A stretch of 64,000 bases of DNA from an uncultured Acidimicrobiia bacterium (GCA_964354255.1 CAYGYX010000002.1:8697-72696), one strand, 5' to 3'; positions 18,150-28,048 are shown, numbered from the stretch's first letter. A program made the numbers and translations. Notes: generated by a model not told the origin, from the sequence alone.

Positions 18150-19793
18150 ATGCGCGCCCGCCTCGCCCTCTCGGCACTGGTCCTCGGGGCCGGCTGGCTG
18201 CCCGCCTCGCCGGCTGCAGCCGGGGGCGAGACCCTGGTGTCGGTGGTTCCGGCGGTGCAGCCGACCTTCCGGGCGACTATGCCGGAACGCTTCGGCGGCG
18301 ACGAGGACGGGGACGGTCTGATCGACCTACCCAACACGGTCGAGTACGTGCAGAGCTGCCCGGGCGCCTGCGACGGCCCCGTGCGCTTCACCCTGCGGCT
18401 GGACGCCTCCGCCAGCCGGGCCACCCTGGCCGGGGCACCGCTGGCGATCATCGGCTATCGATGGCGCATCACCAGCCCGAATGGCCTGTTGCTGGCCCGC
18501 TCGACGTCGCTGCCCGCGGTGGAGGTGCAGTTGCCCGAGGGGACCTACCGGGTGGCGCTCGACGTTCAGGCAGCTCTCGGCTGGGGCACGGCAACCGCGC
18601 GAGTGGAGCGGGAGGTGGTGGTCGAGGACCTGCTCATCGTGGCCGTGGGCGACTCGTATGCCTCCGGGGACGGCAATCCGGAGCGTTCCCGCCCGCCGGG
18701 AGCGGACGAGGCGGTGTGGGCCGATTCACCGGGCGACCCGGCAGCAGAGGCTGCCCACACGACGGCCCATCGCTCCACGGTCGCCTGGCCCGGCCTCGCC
18801 GCCCTGGCGCTGGAGCGGGACGACCCGGCCACTTCGGTGACCTTCGTCTCGCTGGCCGCCACCGGCGCGCGGGTGGGCCGGGGCCTACTGGAGGCGCAGT
18901 CGGGCGACGGCGGGCCGGGACAGCTGGACAAGGTGGCCGCCCTGGTGGGAGGGCGGCGCATCGATGCCCTCCTCGTCTCGATCGGAGGCAACGACATCGG
19001 CTTCGCCCGCATCGTGCGCGGCCTGGTCGACGCCGACCCGCAGGGCGACCCGGTCTGCTACCGGGTCGACGTGGAGAACGTGTGGCGGTCGACGGCCGAC
19101 GGCGACTGGAACCGGGGATCGGGCCTGCGCTTCGCCCTGCCCTGGGGCGTCGCATGCCGCGAGAGGCAAGAGACCGGACGGCCCGTGCTCCCCGGCCTGC
19201 AGGGCCTGCCCGCCGAGCTGGACGCCCTCGCGGCGGGCATCGAGGGGGGCCTCCAGGTGGAGAGGGTCTACCTGATGGAGTACCCGGACCCCACCGGCGC
19301 GGGCGACGGTGTCGAGAGGTGCGCCGAGATCGCCGGAGATCTGACGCCCCCGTTCGGCTTCCATGAGATCGACACCGCCGAGCAGGCCGCCGCCCAGACC
19401 CGGGTGCTGGGCCCGCTCAACCAGGCCCTGGCCGAGGCGGCCCGGCGCCACGGCTGGGTGCTCGTCGATGAGATCGCCAGCGCCTTCGCGGCCGGGCACG
19501 GGTACTGCGCCGAGCGGCCCGACTACGGCGCACCCCCGAACGACCGGGTCGAGACGGCGGCCCCCTTCCCGCGGCTCTCCCCCGAGGGGTGGTACCGCCA
19601 CCCGCTACAGGAGGATCTGAGCGACCTCCTGGCCGAGCCCGGTCTGTCCTGGTACCGGACGGCTTCCCAGTCGGTGGTACTGCAGGGGCCCGGGGCCCGA
19701 TGGGACACGACCGGGACGTTGCACCCCAACGAGCTGGGCCACCTGGCCATGGCGAGGGCCCTCCTGGAGGCCATGCGCCCGGCGGGGGGCTAG
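18150..19793 (+). CDS. secreted SGNH/GDSL-family hydrolase
   Basis: The real start is MRARLALSALVLGAGWLPASPAAAGG (signal peptide), in frame within track ORF 16980..19793. SGNH blocks are present: IVAVGDSYASGDGNP, LVSIGGNDIGF and HPNELGH. The upstream 1.17 kb of the 937-aa track ORF is antisense to tdh and was rejected. Confidence 0.6.
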   Translation: MRARLALSALVLGAGWLPASPAAAGGETLVSVVPAVQPTFRATMPERFGGDEDGDGLIDLPNTVEYVQSCPGACDGPVRFTLRLDASASRATLAGAPLAIIGYRWRITSPNGLLLARSTSLPAVEVQLPEGTYRVALDVQAALGWGTATARVEREVVVEDLLIVAVGDSYASGDGNPERSRPPGADEAVWADSPGDPAAEAAHTTAHRSTVAWPGLAALALERDDPATSVTFVSLAATGARVGRGLLEAQSGDGGPGQLDKVAALVGGRRIDALLVSIGGNDIGFARIVRGLVDADPQGDPVCYRVDVENVWRSTADGDWNRGSGLRFALPWGVACRERQETGRPVLPGLQGLPAELDALAAGIEGGLQVERVYLMEYPDPTGAGDGVERCAEIAGDLTPPFGFHEIDTAEQAAAQTRVLGPLNQALAEAARRHGWVLVDEIASAFAAGHGYCAERPDYGAPPNDRVETAAPFPRLSPEGWYRHPLQEDLSDLLAEPGLSWYRTASQSVVLQGPGARWDTTGTLHPNELGHLAMARALLEAMRPAGG

Positions 19794-19836
19794 CCGGGCT
19801 ACCGGCCCGGCGTTCGAGGAGCCCCCGCGGCCGGGC

Positions 19837-21117
19837 TCAGGCTGCCGGGCCGGCAGCGCGCAAGCGGATGCGCCAGAGGCTGGTGCCGGTGAGGAAGAGG
19901 GCCATGGCCACGATCGTGGCCGAGGCCCCGGTGTATACCGCAGGCAGCCCGAAGGCCTGGCCGGCGGCTCCGCCGAGCACCGCTCCGAGGGGCAGGCCGG
20001 CCCAGGAGAGGGTGCGCGAAGCGGCGATGACCCGGCCCCGGAGCCCCGGCGGGGGCAGCTGCTGGCGCATGGTCGTGAAGGCGACGTTGAGGAACGAGAC
20101 GCCGGTGACCGCCACCCCGGCAGGCAGGATGGCGAACAGAGTGGTGAGGGGCGGTGACAGCTCGGCGAGCGCCGGAGCGGCGAGGGCGAGAGCCAGGAAC
20201 CCTGCCCCCATGGCCCCCAGCCCGCAGACGAAGGTGCGACCCAGCCCGAGGCGCCGGGCCAGGGTGGGGGCGGCCACCACTCCCAGCGCCCCCAGCAGCG
20301 AGTGGCCCCCGAAGAACCAGCCGATGAGCGCGCTCTCCGTCAGCCCCAGCTGCTCTTGGCAGAACAGGACCAGCAGCGCCTCCATGGGGACGAAGACCAG
20401 GTTGGCGGCCGTCCCCGCCAGGGTGGTCACCCGCAGCGCCGGCAGCCGCCAGAGGCAGGACATGCCCTGGCGGAAGGAGCTCAGCCAGGGATCCCGGGCC
20501 GGGGCGGGGCGAGGACGGATCTCCATGAGGACCAGCAGCGTGGCGGCGGAGACCACGAAGGTCGCCGCGTCGAGGCCGAACGCCAGGCGAAAGCCGCCGG
20601 CGGTCCCCGCCAGAAAGCCCGCCAGAGGGGGGCCGAGTGTCCAGGCCAGGCTGCGCACGAACTGGAGGCGGCTGTTGACCACTACCAGGGCGTCATCCCC
20701 GGCGAGGGTGGGGAGCCAGGCCTGGAAGCCGGAGTCGAAGGTGACGGTGAGGCTCCCCACCACGAAGGCGGCCACAAAGACCATCCACACCTCGGCCACC
20801 CCGGCTGCTGCCGCCAGCCCGAGCGCGAGGAACGCCCAGGCCCGGGCCAGGTCGGCAATGATCAGGGTCCGGCGCAGAGGGGCCCGGTCGAGCAACACCC
20901 CCACCGCGAACCCGAAGAGCAGGGTGGGGATCGTCTCCAGAGCGGTGGTGAGTCCCAGGTCGAGAGCCGACCCGGTCAGGTGCACGACGAACAGGGGGAG
21001 AGCCAGCAGGGCGACGTAGTCCCCGAACAGGGAGGCCGACTGGCCGGCCAGGACCCACCGTACGTTGCGGCGGGCCGCGGCCGCATCGGCAGGGCGCAAC
21101 CGGCCGGTGCCGCTCAT
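19837..21117 (-). CDS. MFS transporter (12 TM)
   Basis: 426 aa and hydrophobic, with the MFS motif GVLLDRAPLRRTL after TM2. Confidence 0.75.
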   Translation of the reverse strand: MSGTGRLRPADAAAARRNVRWVLAGQSASLFGDYVALLALPLFVVHLTGSALDLGLTTALETIPTLLFGFAVGVLLDRAPLRRTLIIADLARAWAFLALGLAAAAGVAEVWMVFVAAFVVGSLTVTFDSGFQAWLPTLAGDDALVVVNSRLQFVRSLAWTLGPPLAGFLAGTAGGFRLAFGLDAATFVVSAATLLVLMEIRPRPAPARDPWLSSFRQGMSCLWRLPALRVTTLAGTAANLVFVPMEALLVLFCQEQLGLTESALIGWFFGGHSLLGALGVVAAPTLARRLGLGRTFVCGLGAMGAGFLALALAAPALAELSPPLTTLFAILPAGVAVTGVSFLNVAFTTMRQQLPPPGLRGRVIAASRTLSWAGLPLGAVLGGAAGQAFGLPAVYTGASATIVAMALFLTGTSLWRIRLRAAGPAA

Positions 21118-21179
21118 CGGCGGCGAGCCTAACCGCCGGCAGCCCGGCTTCCGGGGACCGGGCGGCGTACGATCTGCCG

Positions 21180-21767
21180 GTGAGCCCGGCCTACCTGCCT
21201 CTGCTGTCCATCCGCCGGGTGCTGGTGCCCGGAACGAGGGCGGCGTTGCCTTCCGCCCGTACGGACCTGCGGGCAGGGGAGCACGTGGTGACTGCTCTCG
21301 AGCCGGATGGAGACGAGCGGGCGGTAACCCGCTCGGTAGGCACCCTGGCTCACCTCGAGGAGGTGCGGCCCCTAGGGCCCGAGGCCGTCCTGTTGCGGCT
21401 CAGCGGCCGGCGGCTGGTCCGGCTCACGGAAGCGGAGCAGCGGGAAGGCCGGTGGTGGGCGAAGGTAGCCGAGATCGCCGAACCGAATCGGGAGGCGAGC
21501 CCTTTGATCGAAGAGGCCGAGAGGGCGGTGCGCCGGTACCTGGCCCTGCGGAGCGAGGCCGGAGAGGGCGGCGGGCCGATCGTCGAACTCAGCCGGGACC
21601 CGGTGGCCGCCTCACATGAGGTAGCCTCCAACCTGCACATCAGCTGGCCGGAAGTGCAGGACATCCTCGAGGCCGGCAGTGCCGCCGACCGGCTGCGCCG
21701 GGCGGGGGCCGTGCTCGACAGGGAAACGGAGCTGCTGCGGCGGCTCCTCGGCCGGGAAGGTACCTAG
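21180..21767 (+). CDS. LON N-terminal (substrate-binding, PUA-like) domain protein
   Basis: LPLLSIRRVLVPGTRAALP..EHVVTALEP..LAHLEEVRPLGPEAVLLRLSGRRLVRL matches the Lon N-domain pattern, with no AAA or protease domain. Confidence 0.55.
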   Translation: MSPAYLPLLSIRRVLVPGTRAALPSARTDLRAGEHVVTALEPDGDERAVTRSVGTLAHLEEVRPLGPEAVLLRLSGRRLVRLTEAEQREGRWWAKVAEIAEPNREASPLIEEAERAVRRYLALRSEAGEGGGPIVELSRDPVAASHEVASNLHISWPEVQDILEAGSAADRLRRAGAVLDRETELLRRLLGREGT

Positions 21768-22060
21768 TGGCGAAGGCGAGAGAGCTCCCCCAGCAGGTCG
21801 GCGAGTTCGTGGCGCTGGCCAAGGAATACACCAAACAGCGAACCCTGGAGCCCGCCAAGGCCCTCGGGAGGGCAGCCGGGCTTGGCTTCGCCGCCGCCCT
21901 CCTGCTCTCCCTGGCCGCCCTCTTCGGGGCGGTGGCAGGGATGCGGCTCATCGTCGACGCGCTTCCCGATGGCCGCATCTGGGGAGGCTTCGGCTACATC
22001 CTGGCCGCCTTCGGCTTGTTCGGCGTGGCCGGGATCATCGCATGGAGGGCCGCCAAGTGA
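21767..22060 (+). CDS. small two-TM membrane protein, actinobacterial Holin-X (holin superfamily III)-like
   Basis: 97 aa: an amphipathic N-terminus and then two Gly/Ala-rich TM helices (LGFAAALLLSLAALFGAVAGM and WGGFGYILAAFGLFGVAGIIAW). The GTG start overlaps the upstream TAG by 1 nt. Confidence 0.45.
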   Translation: MAKARELPQQVGEFVALAKEYTKQRTLEPAKALGRAAGLGFAAALLLSLAALFGAVAGMRLIVDALPDGRIWGGFGYILAAFGLFGVAGIIAWRAAK

Positions 22061-22251
22061 GAGTGGAGAAGGCCGATCTCGAGGCCAAGCTGCAGGAGAT
22101 CCAGGGAATTGTCGACGAGACCACCCAGTCGGCGCGGGGGGCCGTCGTGGTGACGGTGGCGGTGGTCGTGCTGATTGCCCTGTTCTTCCTGCTGGGCAAG
22201 CGCCGGGGCAAGAAGGGCAGCGCCCGGGTCGAGGTGTACCGCCTCGGCTGA
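22057..22251 (+). CDS. small coiled-coil protein with a C-terminal TM helix and basic tail (DUF3618-like)
   Basis: VRVEKADLEAKLQEIQGIVDETTQSARGAVVVTVAVVVLIALFFLLGKRRGKK. The GTG start overlaps the upstream TGA (GTGA). An alternative ATG lies at 22042. Confidence 0.35.
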   Translation: MRVEKADLEAKLQEIQGIVDETTQSARGAVVVTVAVVVLIALFFLLGKRRGKKGSARVEVYRLG

Positions 22252-22282
22252 CGGCAGGGTCGCAAGCGTGCGCCCTCCAGCT

Positions 22283-22501
22283 TCAGCCCTCGACTTCGAG
22301 CTCCTCGTCGCTGCCTGCCAGCCGTATGCGCAGTGACTCTCCGCTGCGCAAAGTGCGCGCGTAGAGCAGGCGCTTGCGCGGGCCGGCGAACCGGCGGAAC
22401 ACCCCGACCACGGCCACAGCCGTCCCCAGGCCGGCCAGCAAGGCGTTGCCCCGCCGGGCCCCGCCGGCGAGCGCCCGGATACCGGTTCGGATGAAGTCCA
22501 C
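22283..22501 (-). CDS. hypothetical small protein (72 aa)
   Basis: It is the only ORF in the 330-bp gap between the triad and trmI. It has one hydrophobic stretch. The overlapping plus-strand ORF 21882..22364 looks spurious. Confidence 0.25.
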   Translation of the reverse strand: MDFIRTGIRALAGGARRGNALLAGLGTAVAVVGVFRRFAGPRKRLLYARTLRSGESLRIRLAGSDEELEVEG

Positions 22502-22650
22502 CGGCGGATCTTAGGGGTTCGGGGAAGGTCGGCATGGCCCTAGAGTGACACCGTGTTCCGGCACCGCACCCGCCTGGTGAAGTGGCTGGGCGTCATCCTG
22601 GCGGTGATGCTGCTGCTCTCCTTCACCCTTCCCCTGCTCCTCTCCGGACG

Positions 22651-23460
22651 GTGAGCGAGGTCTTCCGCCCCGGTGAGCCGTGCCTGCTCGTGGACGGGCG
22701 GGGCCGGCACTACCTGGTCGACCTCGACCCGGATGGTGTCTTCCAGTACCACGTGGGAGCCCTGCCGCTCGGCCGGGTGATCGGGCAGCCGGAGGGGGCG
22801 GTGCTTCGCTCGTCGGGGGAAGGGCGGCTGGTGGCATTGCGCCCCCGCCTGGCCGACTACATCCTCCGGATGCGCCGGGGAGCGCAGGTGGTCTACCCGA
22901 AGGACATCGGGCCCATCCTGCACTGGGGGGACATAGGCCCCGGGATGAGGGTCCTCGAGGCCGGCACCGGGTCCGGGGCGCTCACCATGGCTCTGGTACA
23001 AGCAGTAGGGCCCACCGGGAACGTGGTCAGTGTCGAGGAGCGGCCCGACCACGCGGCCGGGGCCCGCGCTGCCATCCTGCGCTTCTTCGGAGAGCTGCCG
23101 CCCAACCTATCGCTGCGCCTCGGAAGGGTGGAGGACGTGGTGGAAGAGGTGGCCCCCCATCGGCTGGTCCTCGACCTGCCCGAGCCGTGGCTGGTGGTAG
23201 GCCCGGCCGCCGCCGGGCTGGCCGAGGGTGGGGTGCTCACCACCTACCTGCCGACCGTTCCGCAGGTGCAGCACCTCCACGATGAGCTTCGACGCTCCCG
23301 CCGGTTCCTCGACGTCTTCACCTTTGAGATCCTGCTTCGCGAGTGGGTGGCGGAAGGCCGCTCGGTGCGGCCGGCGAGCCAGATGGTGGGTCACACCGGG
23401 TTCATCACCACCGCCCGCAGGGTGGCGCCGCTGGGAGGCGACGAAGAAGACCGGGAATAG
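22651..23460 (+). CDS. trmI: tRNA (adenine58-N1)-methyltransferase TrmI (GCD14 family)
   Basis: Carries the SAM-binding motif VLEAGTGSGALT and TrmI-like N- and C-terminal regions. The start was set at GTG 22651 (VSEVFRPGEP). The track ORF begins at 22582 with a non-conserved extension. Confidence 0.75.
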   Translation: MSEVFRPGEPCLLVDGRGRHYLVDLDPDGVFQYHVGALPLGRVIGQPEGAVLRSSGEGRLVALRPRLADYILRMRRGAQVVYPKDIGPILHWGDIGPGMRVLEAGTGSGALTMALVQAVGPTGNVVSVEERPDHAAGARAAILRFFGELPPNLSLRLGRVEDVVEEVAPHRLVLDLPEPWLVVGPAAAGLAEGGVLTTYLPTVPQVQHLHDELRRSRRFLDVFTFEILLREWVAEGRSVRPASQMVGHTGFITTARRVAPLGGDEEDRE

Positions 23461-23462
23461 GC

Positions 23463-23489
23463 GGGGCCCCGCCGGGAAGGCGGGGCCCC
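23463..23489. terminator. GC-rich perfect hairpin between the convergent trmI and ferredoxin genes (terminator-like, no U-tract)
   Basis: GGGGCCCCGCC-gggaa-GGCGGGGCCCC, an 11-bp perfect stem that starts 3 nt after the trmI stop. Confidence 0.35.
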
Positions 23490-23513
23490 GTGCCGGAGAG
23501 GCGGCGGGGCCGG

Positions 23514-23762
23514 CTACTCCTCGATGATGAAAATGCACTCGCCGGGGCACTCCTCGGCCGACTCGCGGGTGGCGTCCTCCAGGCCCGCCGGGACCTGAGC
23601 AATACCTTCGGCACCCTGCGGGCTGCCCTTGGCGGCGGCGTAGATCTTGTCGCCCTCCCGTACATAGGCCAGCCCGTCGTCCAGTAGGACGAAGACATCC
23701 GGGGCGATCTCCTCGCAGAGCCCGTCGCCGGTGCACAGGTCCTGGTCGATCCAAACCTTCAT
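23514..23762 (-). CDS. ferredoxin (single-cluster, FdxA-like)
   Basis: MKVWIDQDLCTGDGLCEEIAPDVF...CPGECI cysteine pattern. The start was refined to MKVW (residue 12 of the track ORF). Confidence 0.65.
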   Translation of the reverse strand: MKVWIDQDLCTGDGLCEEIAPDVFVLLDDGLAYVREGDKIYAAAKGSPQGAEGIAQVPAGLEDATRESAEECPGECIFIIEE

Positions 23763-23885
23763 TGTTCCCCTCTGTAGTCGGGATTCGGCAAGCATTGTAT
23801 CGGCCGTGCTCGACCTCCCGGTCCACTCCCGAGACAGTAGGGTGCCGGCCGTATACTGACCGGCGGCCTACCCGGGAGGGCCCCC

Positions 23886-25607
23886 GTGCCCGAGGGCGAG
23901 AGCTCTGCCGAAGAGTCCGCTCAGACCATCAGGATGCTGGAAGAGGAGATCGCCATCCTCCGGCGGCGGCTGCAGGATGCCCCCCGCCGGGTGCGAGTCC
24001 TGGAGGAGCGCCTGCTCGAGGCGAAGGGCCGGCTCTCGCAGGCGACGTCCCAGAACGAACGCCTCTCGGCGGCTTTGCAGGAAACCCGCGAGCAGCTGAC
24101 GCTGCTGCGGCGCGAAGTGGAGAAGCTGACCGCCCCACCCAACCCCTTCGCCGTGATCGAGCGGGTCAACCCCGACGGCACGCTCGACGTGTTGACGGGA
24201 GGCCGCAAGCTGCGGGTGGGGGTCCAGCCCTCCATCGAGGTCAAAGAGCTGGACCGCGGCCAGGAGGTACTGCTCAACGAGGCCATGAGCGTGATCGACG
24301 TGGGCACATTCGACGCGGGGGGCGAGGTGACCACGGTCAAGGAGGTCCTGGGGGACGGCCGGGTCATCGTCGTCGGGCCGGCCGACGACGAACGGGTCGT
24401 GGGCCTGGCCGGGCCCATGGAGCCGGTTCCCCTGCGGGTAGGGGACGCGGTTCGCCTGGATGCTCGTACCGGGCTGATCCAGGAGCGCCTGGTGCGCCCG
24501 GAGGTCGAAGAGCTGGTGCTGGAGGAGATACCCGACATCACCTACGAGCAGATCGGCGGCCTGACGGCTCAGATCGAGACAATCCGCGACGCCGTCGAAC
24601 TGCCCTACCTCTACAAGCACCTCTTCGAGGACTACGAGCTCAGCGCCCCCAAGGGGGTGCTCCTCTACGGGCCCCCCGGCTGCGGGAAGACCCTCATCGC
24701 CAAGGCGGTGGCCAACAGCCTGGCCGGGGCGGTGGCGGCCAAGACCGGGTCGGTCGACGCCCGCTCCTACTTCCTCAACATCAAGGGCCCCGAGCTCCTG
24801 AACAAGTACGTCGGCGAGACCGAGCGCCAGATCCGCCTCATCTTCGCCCGGGCGAAGGAGAAGTCCGACGAGGGGGTCCCGGTCATCGTGTTCTTCGACG
24901 AGATGGATTCCCTCTTCCGCACCCGGGGGAGCGGCGTCTCGTCGGACGTTGAATCCACCGTGGTACCGCAGCTGCTGTCCGAGCTGGACGGGGTGGAGGG
25001 CCTCAAGAACGTGATCGTGATCGGGGCCTCCAACCGCGAGGACCTCATCGACCCGGCCATCCTGCGCCCCGGCCGACTCGATGTGAAGATCAAGGTGGAA
25101 CGCCCGGACGTGGCGGCCGCCCGGGAGATATTCGGGATCTACCTGCGGCGCAGCCTCCCCTTCGCCGATGACGAGCTGGGGGCTGCCGGGGGCGACCTCT
25201 CCGCTCTGATCGCCTCCCTGATCGACCGGGTGGTGGAGGCCATGTTCGCCACCGTCCACGAGAACCGCTTCCTCGAGGTGACCTATGCCAATGGGGACAA
25301 GGAGACCCTCTACTTCCGCGACTTCGCCTCCGGGGCGATGATCGAGAACGTGGTGCGCCGGGCGAAGAAGGCGGCAATCAAGCGGGAGATCGCCGGCGGG
25401 GCCAGGGGAGTGGGAGTCGGCGACCTGCTGGGGGCGGTGCGCCAGGAGTACCGCGAGCACGAGGACCTCCCCAACACCACCAACCCCGACGACTGGGCCC
25501 GCATCTCCGGCAAGAAGGGCGAGCGCATCGTCTACGTGCGCACCCTGGTGGAGGGAGACACCCCCCACCGCGCCATCGAGGCGATCAGCACGGGCCAGTA
25601 CCTGTGA
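23886..25607 (+). CDS. mpa: proteasome-associated AAA ATPase Mpa/ARC
   Basis: N-terminal coiled coil, Walker A GPPGCGKT, Walker [10 protein letters not shown] and a C-terminal GQYL proteasome-docking motif. It starts at a GTG. Confidence 0.9.
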   Translation: MPEGESSAEESAQTIRMLEEEIAILRRRLQDAPRRVRVLEERLLEAKGRLSQATSQNERLSAALQETREQLTLLRREVEKLTAPPNPFAVIERVNPDGTLDVLTGGRKLRVGVQPSIEVKELDRGQEVLLNEAMSVIDVGTFDAGGEVTTVKEVLGDGRVIVVGPADDERVVGLAGPMEPVPLRVGDAVRLDARTGLIQERLVRPEVEELVLEEIPDITYEQIGGLTAQIETIRDAVELPYLYKHLFEDYELSAPKGVLLYGPPGCGKTLIAKAVANSLAGAVAAKTGSVDARSYFLNIKGPELLNKYVGETERQIRLIFARAKEKSDEGVPVIVFFDEMDSLFRTRGSGVSSDVESTVVPQLLSELDGVEGLKNVIVIGASNREDLIDPAILRPGRLDVKIKVERPDVAAAREIFGIYLRRSLPFADDELGAAGGDLSALIASLIDRVVEAMFATVHENRFLEVTYANGDKETLYFRDFASGAMIENVVRRAKKAAIKREIAGGARGVGVGDLLGAVRQEYREHEDLPNTTNPDDWARISGKKGERIVYVRTLVEGDTPHRAIEAISTGQYL

Positions 25608-27103
25608 GCCGGTCGGTCCGCAAGATCCTCGGGACCGAGACCGAGTTCGGCATCGCGGTGAGGGGACGGCCGGGCTACGACCCGGTCATGGCCAGCAGCC
25701 TGGCGGTGGCCGCCTACACCGGGCCTTCCCGCACCAACTGGTCCTCCGAGGAGGAGACGCCGGGGCGCGACGCCCGCGGGTTCGCCCGGATTGCCGGCGA
25801 GCCGGACACCGGCATGCTCAACGCGGCGCTGAGCAACGGCGCCCGCCTCTACGTCGACCATGCCCACCCCGAGTACTCGACCCCCGAGTGCTTCGACCCT
25901 CTCGAGGGAGCCCTCTACGACAAGGCGGGCGAGCTGATCATGGCTCAGGCGGCGGCTGCCGTCGAACTCCCTCCGGGCGAGCGGCTGCTGATCTACAAGA
26001 ACAACAGTGACGGGAAGGGCAACTCGTACGGGGCGCACGAAAACTACTTGATGGCCCGGTCGGTGCCCTTCGAGGAGATCGCACGCCACCTCACCGCCTT
26101 CCTGGTCACCCGACAGGTGCTCACCGGGGCGGGGAAGGTGGGGAGCGAGAACGGCCGCCCCCGGGTTTCCTACCAGATCAGCCAGCGGGCCGACTTCTTC
26201 GAGGAGGAGGTCGGGCTGGAGACCACGGTCCGGCGCCCCATCAACAACACGCGGGACGAGCCCCACGCCGATCCTGCCACCTACCGGCGCCTGCACGTGA
26301 TCGTCGGCGACGCGAACCTCTCCGAGCAGCAGATCTTCCTCAAGCTGGGCGCCACCGCCTTGGTGCTGGCCGCCCTCGAGATGGGGACGCTGGGCAAGCC
26401 GGTGGCGCTCGAGAGCCCGGTCGAGTCCCTCTGGCGAATCAGCCACGACCCCACCTTGCGCCGGACCGTCCGCCTGGCCGGCGGGCGCAGCGCGACGGCA
26501 CTCGATCTGCAGCACGAATACCTGAGCAGGGCGGCGGCCGGTGCCGGCGGGGAAGTCGGGGACCCAGTGTCCGGCCGGGTGCTGGCCCTTTGGGAGGAGG
26601 CGCTGGCGGATCTCGAGCGCGATCCGCTCTCCACCTCCGGCTACCTGGATTGGACGGCCAAGCTCGCCTTGCTCGAGGGGTATCGGGAGCGCGATCGCCT
26701 TGCCTGGGATCACCCCAAGCTGCGGCTGCTCGACCTCCAGTACCACGACGTCGACCCGCAGCGCAGCCTGTACGGGCGGCTGGTAGCGGCCGGGCGAATG
26801 AAGCGGCTCTTCAGTGACGAGGAGATCGAACGGGCCACCGTGGCCCCACCGGGGGGGACGCGCGCCTACTTCCGCGGGCGGTGCGTCGCCAAGTACGGTG
26901 AGGCCGTGGTGTCGGCCAACTGGGACTCGCTGGTGCTGGACACGGGCCGGGCTGCTCTCCAACGGGTGCCTATGATGGACCCGCTGCGCGGGGGCCGGGA
27001 GAGCGTGGCCGACCTCATAGATCGGTGCGCCTCGGCCGCCGACCTCGTCCGTGCCCTCGGAGGAAACAATGGCCGAACAGGAACGCAAACACCCCCGTCG
27101 TAG
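25604..27103 (+). CDS. dop: Pup deamidase/depupylase Dop
   Basis: PafA/Dop carboxylate-amine ligase fold ([23 protein letters not shown]). At 499 aa it carries the Dop-specific insertion, and it is positioned immediately upstream of pup. Confidence 0.85.
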   Translation: MSRSVRKILGTETEFGIAVRGRPGYDPVMASSLAVAAYTGPSRTNWSSEEETPGRDARGFARIAGEPDTGMLNAALSNGARLYVDHAHPEYSTPECFDPLEGALYDKAGELIMAQAAAAVELPPGERLLIYKNNSDGKGNSYGAHENYLMARSVPFEEIARHLTAFLVTRQVLTGAGKVGSENGRPRVSYQISQRADFFEEEVGLETTVRRPINNTRDEPHADPATYRRLHVIVGDANLSEQQIFLKLGATALVLAALEMGTLGKPVALESPVESLWRISHDPTLRRTVRLAGGRSATALDLQHEYLSRAAAGAGGEVGDPVSGRVLALWEEALADLERDPLSTSGYLDWTAKLALLEGYRERDRLAWDHPKLRLLDLQYHDVDPQRSLYGRLVAAGRMKRLFSDEEIERATVAPPGGTRAYFRGRCVAKYGEAVVSANWDSLVLDTGRAALQRVPMMDPLRGGRESVADLIDRCASAADLVRALGGNNGRTGTQTPPS

Positions 27104-27263
27104 CGAGGCTCGCCGGGAGGCTGCGGCCGAGCTCGTGACCCCACGGGACGTCGGGGGCGAGCTGACCGAGAAGATCGACGGCCTGCTCGAAGAGATCGAC
27201 AGCGTTCTCGAGGAGAATGCCGAGGAGTTCGTCAGGGACTACGTGCAGAAGGGGGGCCAGTGA
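27069..27263 (+). CDS. pup: prokaryotic ubiquitin-like protein Pup
   Basis: 64 aa, [43 protein letters not shown], with the C-terminal GGQ. The start lies 35 nt inside the dop 3' end. Confidence 0.85.
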   Translation: MAEQERKHPRRSEARREAAAELVTPRDVGGELTEKIDGLLEEIDSVLEENAEEFVRDYVQKGGQ

Positions 27264-28048
27264 TCACCGATCCCCCGGGAGCCCCCGGGTCCCCCGTGCC
27301 GGGCGAGAGCTTCACCGCGCTCTTGCGGGCCCAGGGGATGGAGCCCCGCTGGACCCTCCCCTCCGACGCGTCTCTCCTCGACGCCCCGGAAGGCACCACG
27401 GTGCTGGCCTTCCGCTACGTCGACGGGGTGATCATGGCCGGCGACCGGCGGGCCACGGCCGGCAACGTCATTGCCTATCGCACCATGCAGAAAGTATTCC
27501 CGGCCGATGCATACTCGGCAGTAGGCGTTTCCGGGACGGCCGGGGTGGGGGTCGAGCTGATACGCCTCTTCCAGACCGAACTGGAGCACTACGAGAAGCT
27601 CGAAGGAAGTCGCCTCAGCCTGGAGGGCAAGGCCAACCACCTGGCCGCCATGGTACGGGCCCACCTCCCTATGGCCTTCCAGGGCCTGGTGGTCGTACCC
27701 CTGTTCTGCGGGTTCGATGAGGACGGCGGGCAGGGGCGGCTCTACAGCTTCGACGTGGTCGGGGGGCGCTACGAAGAGACCGACTACGCCGCCACCGGCT
27801 CGGGAGGCCGCGATGCCAAGGCCTACCTCCGCACCGCTTTCCGGGAGTCCTTGAGCGAAGAGGAAGCGCTGCGGCTGGCCATCGAGTCCCTGGTCGCCGC
27901 CGCCGAGGAAGACACCGCGACCGGAGGACCGGACCTGCAGCGCGGGATCTACCCCAATGTGGCAGTCGTGTCGGCAGAGGGATACCGCGAGATCGATGAG
28001 GAGCGGGTGGCGGCCGTGTCTCGCGAGGTGATGGGAGCCGCGCGATGA
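27260..28048 (+). CDS. prcB: 20S proteasome beta subunit (with propeptide)
   Basis: Propeptide then G/TTVLAFRY (Thr1 nucleophile), with the Ntn-hydrolase fold. GTGA overlap with pup. Confidence 0.9.
   Translation: MITDPPGAPGSPVPGESFTALLRAQGMEPRWTLPSDASLLDAPEGTTVLAFRYVDGVIMAGDRRATAGNVIAYRTMQKVFPADAYSAVGVSGTAGVGVELIRLFQTELEHYEKLEGSRLSLEGKANHLAAMVRAHLPMAFQGLVVVPLFCGFDEDGGQGRLYSFDVVGGRYEETDYAATGSGGRDAKAYLRTAFRESLSEEEALRLAIESLVAAAEEDTATGGPDLQRGIYPNVAVVSAEGYREIDEERVAAVSREVMGAAR

Noticed and set aside
19589-21132. Plus-strand ORFs 19589..21019 and 20302..21132 opposite the MFS gene.
   Set aside because: They are antisense to a hydrophobic 12-TM MFS coding frame and are Arg-rich.
21767-22251. Holin-like genes considered as a prophage lysis cassette.
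   Set aside because: No endolysin, terminase, capsid or integrase genes are nearby. The actinobacterial Holin-X family is a chromosomal conserved family, so it is treated as a membrane-protein triad rather than a phage remnant.
23868-27088. Minus-strand ORFs 23868..25568 (566 aa) and 25532..27088 (518 aa).
   Set aside because: They are antisense to mpa and dop, whose sense frames have AAA and PafA/Dop signatures.
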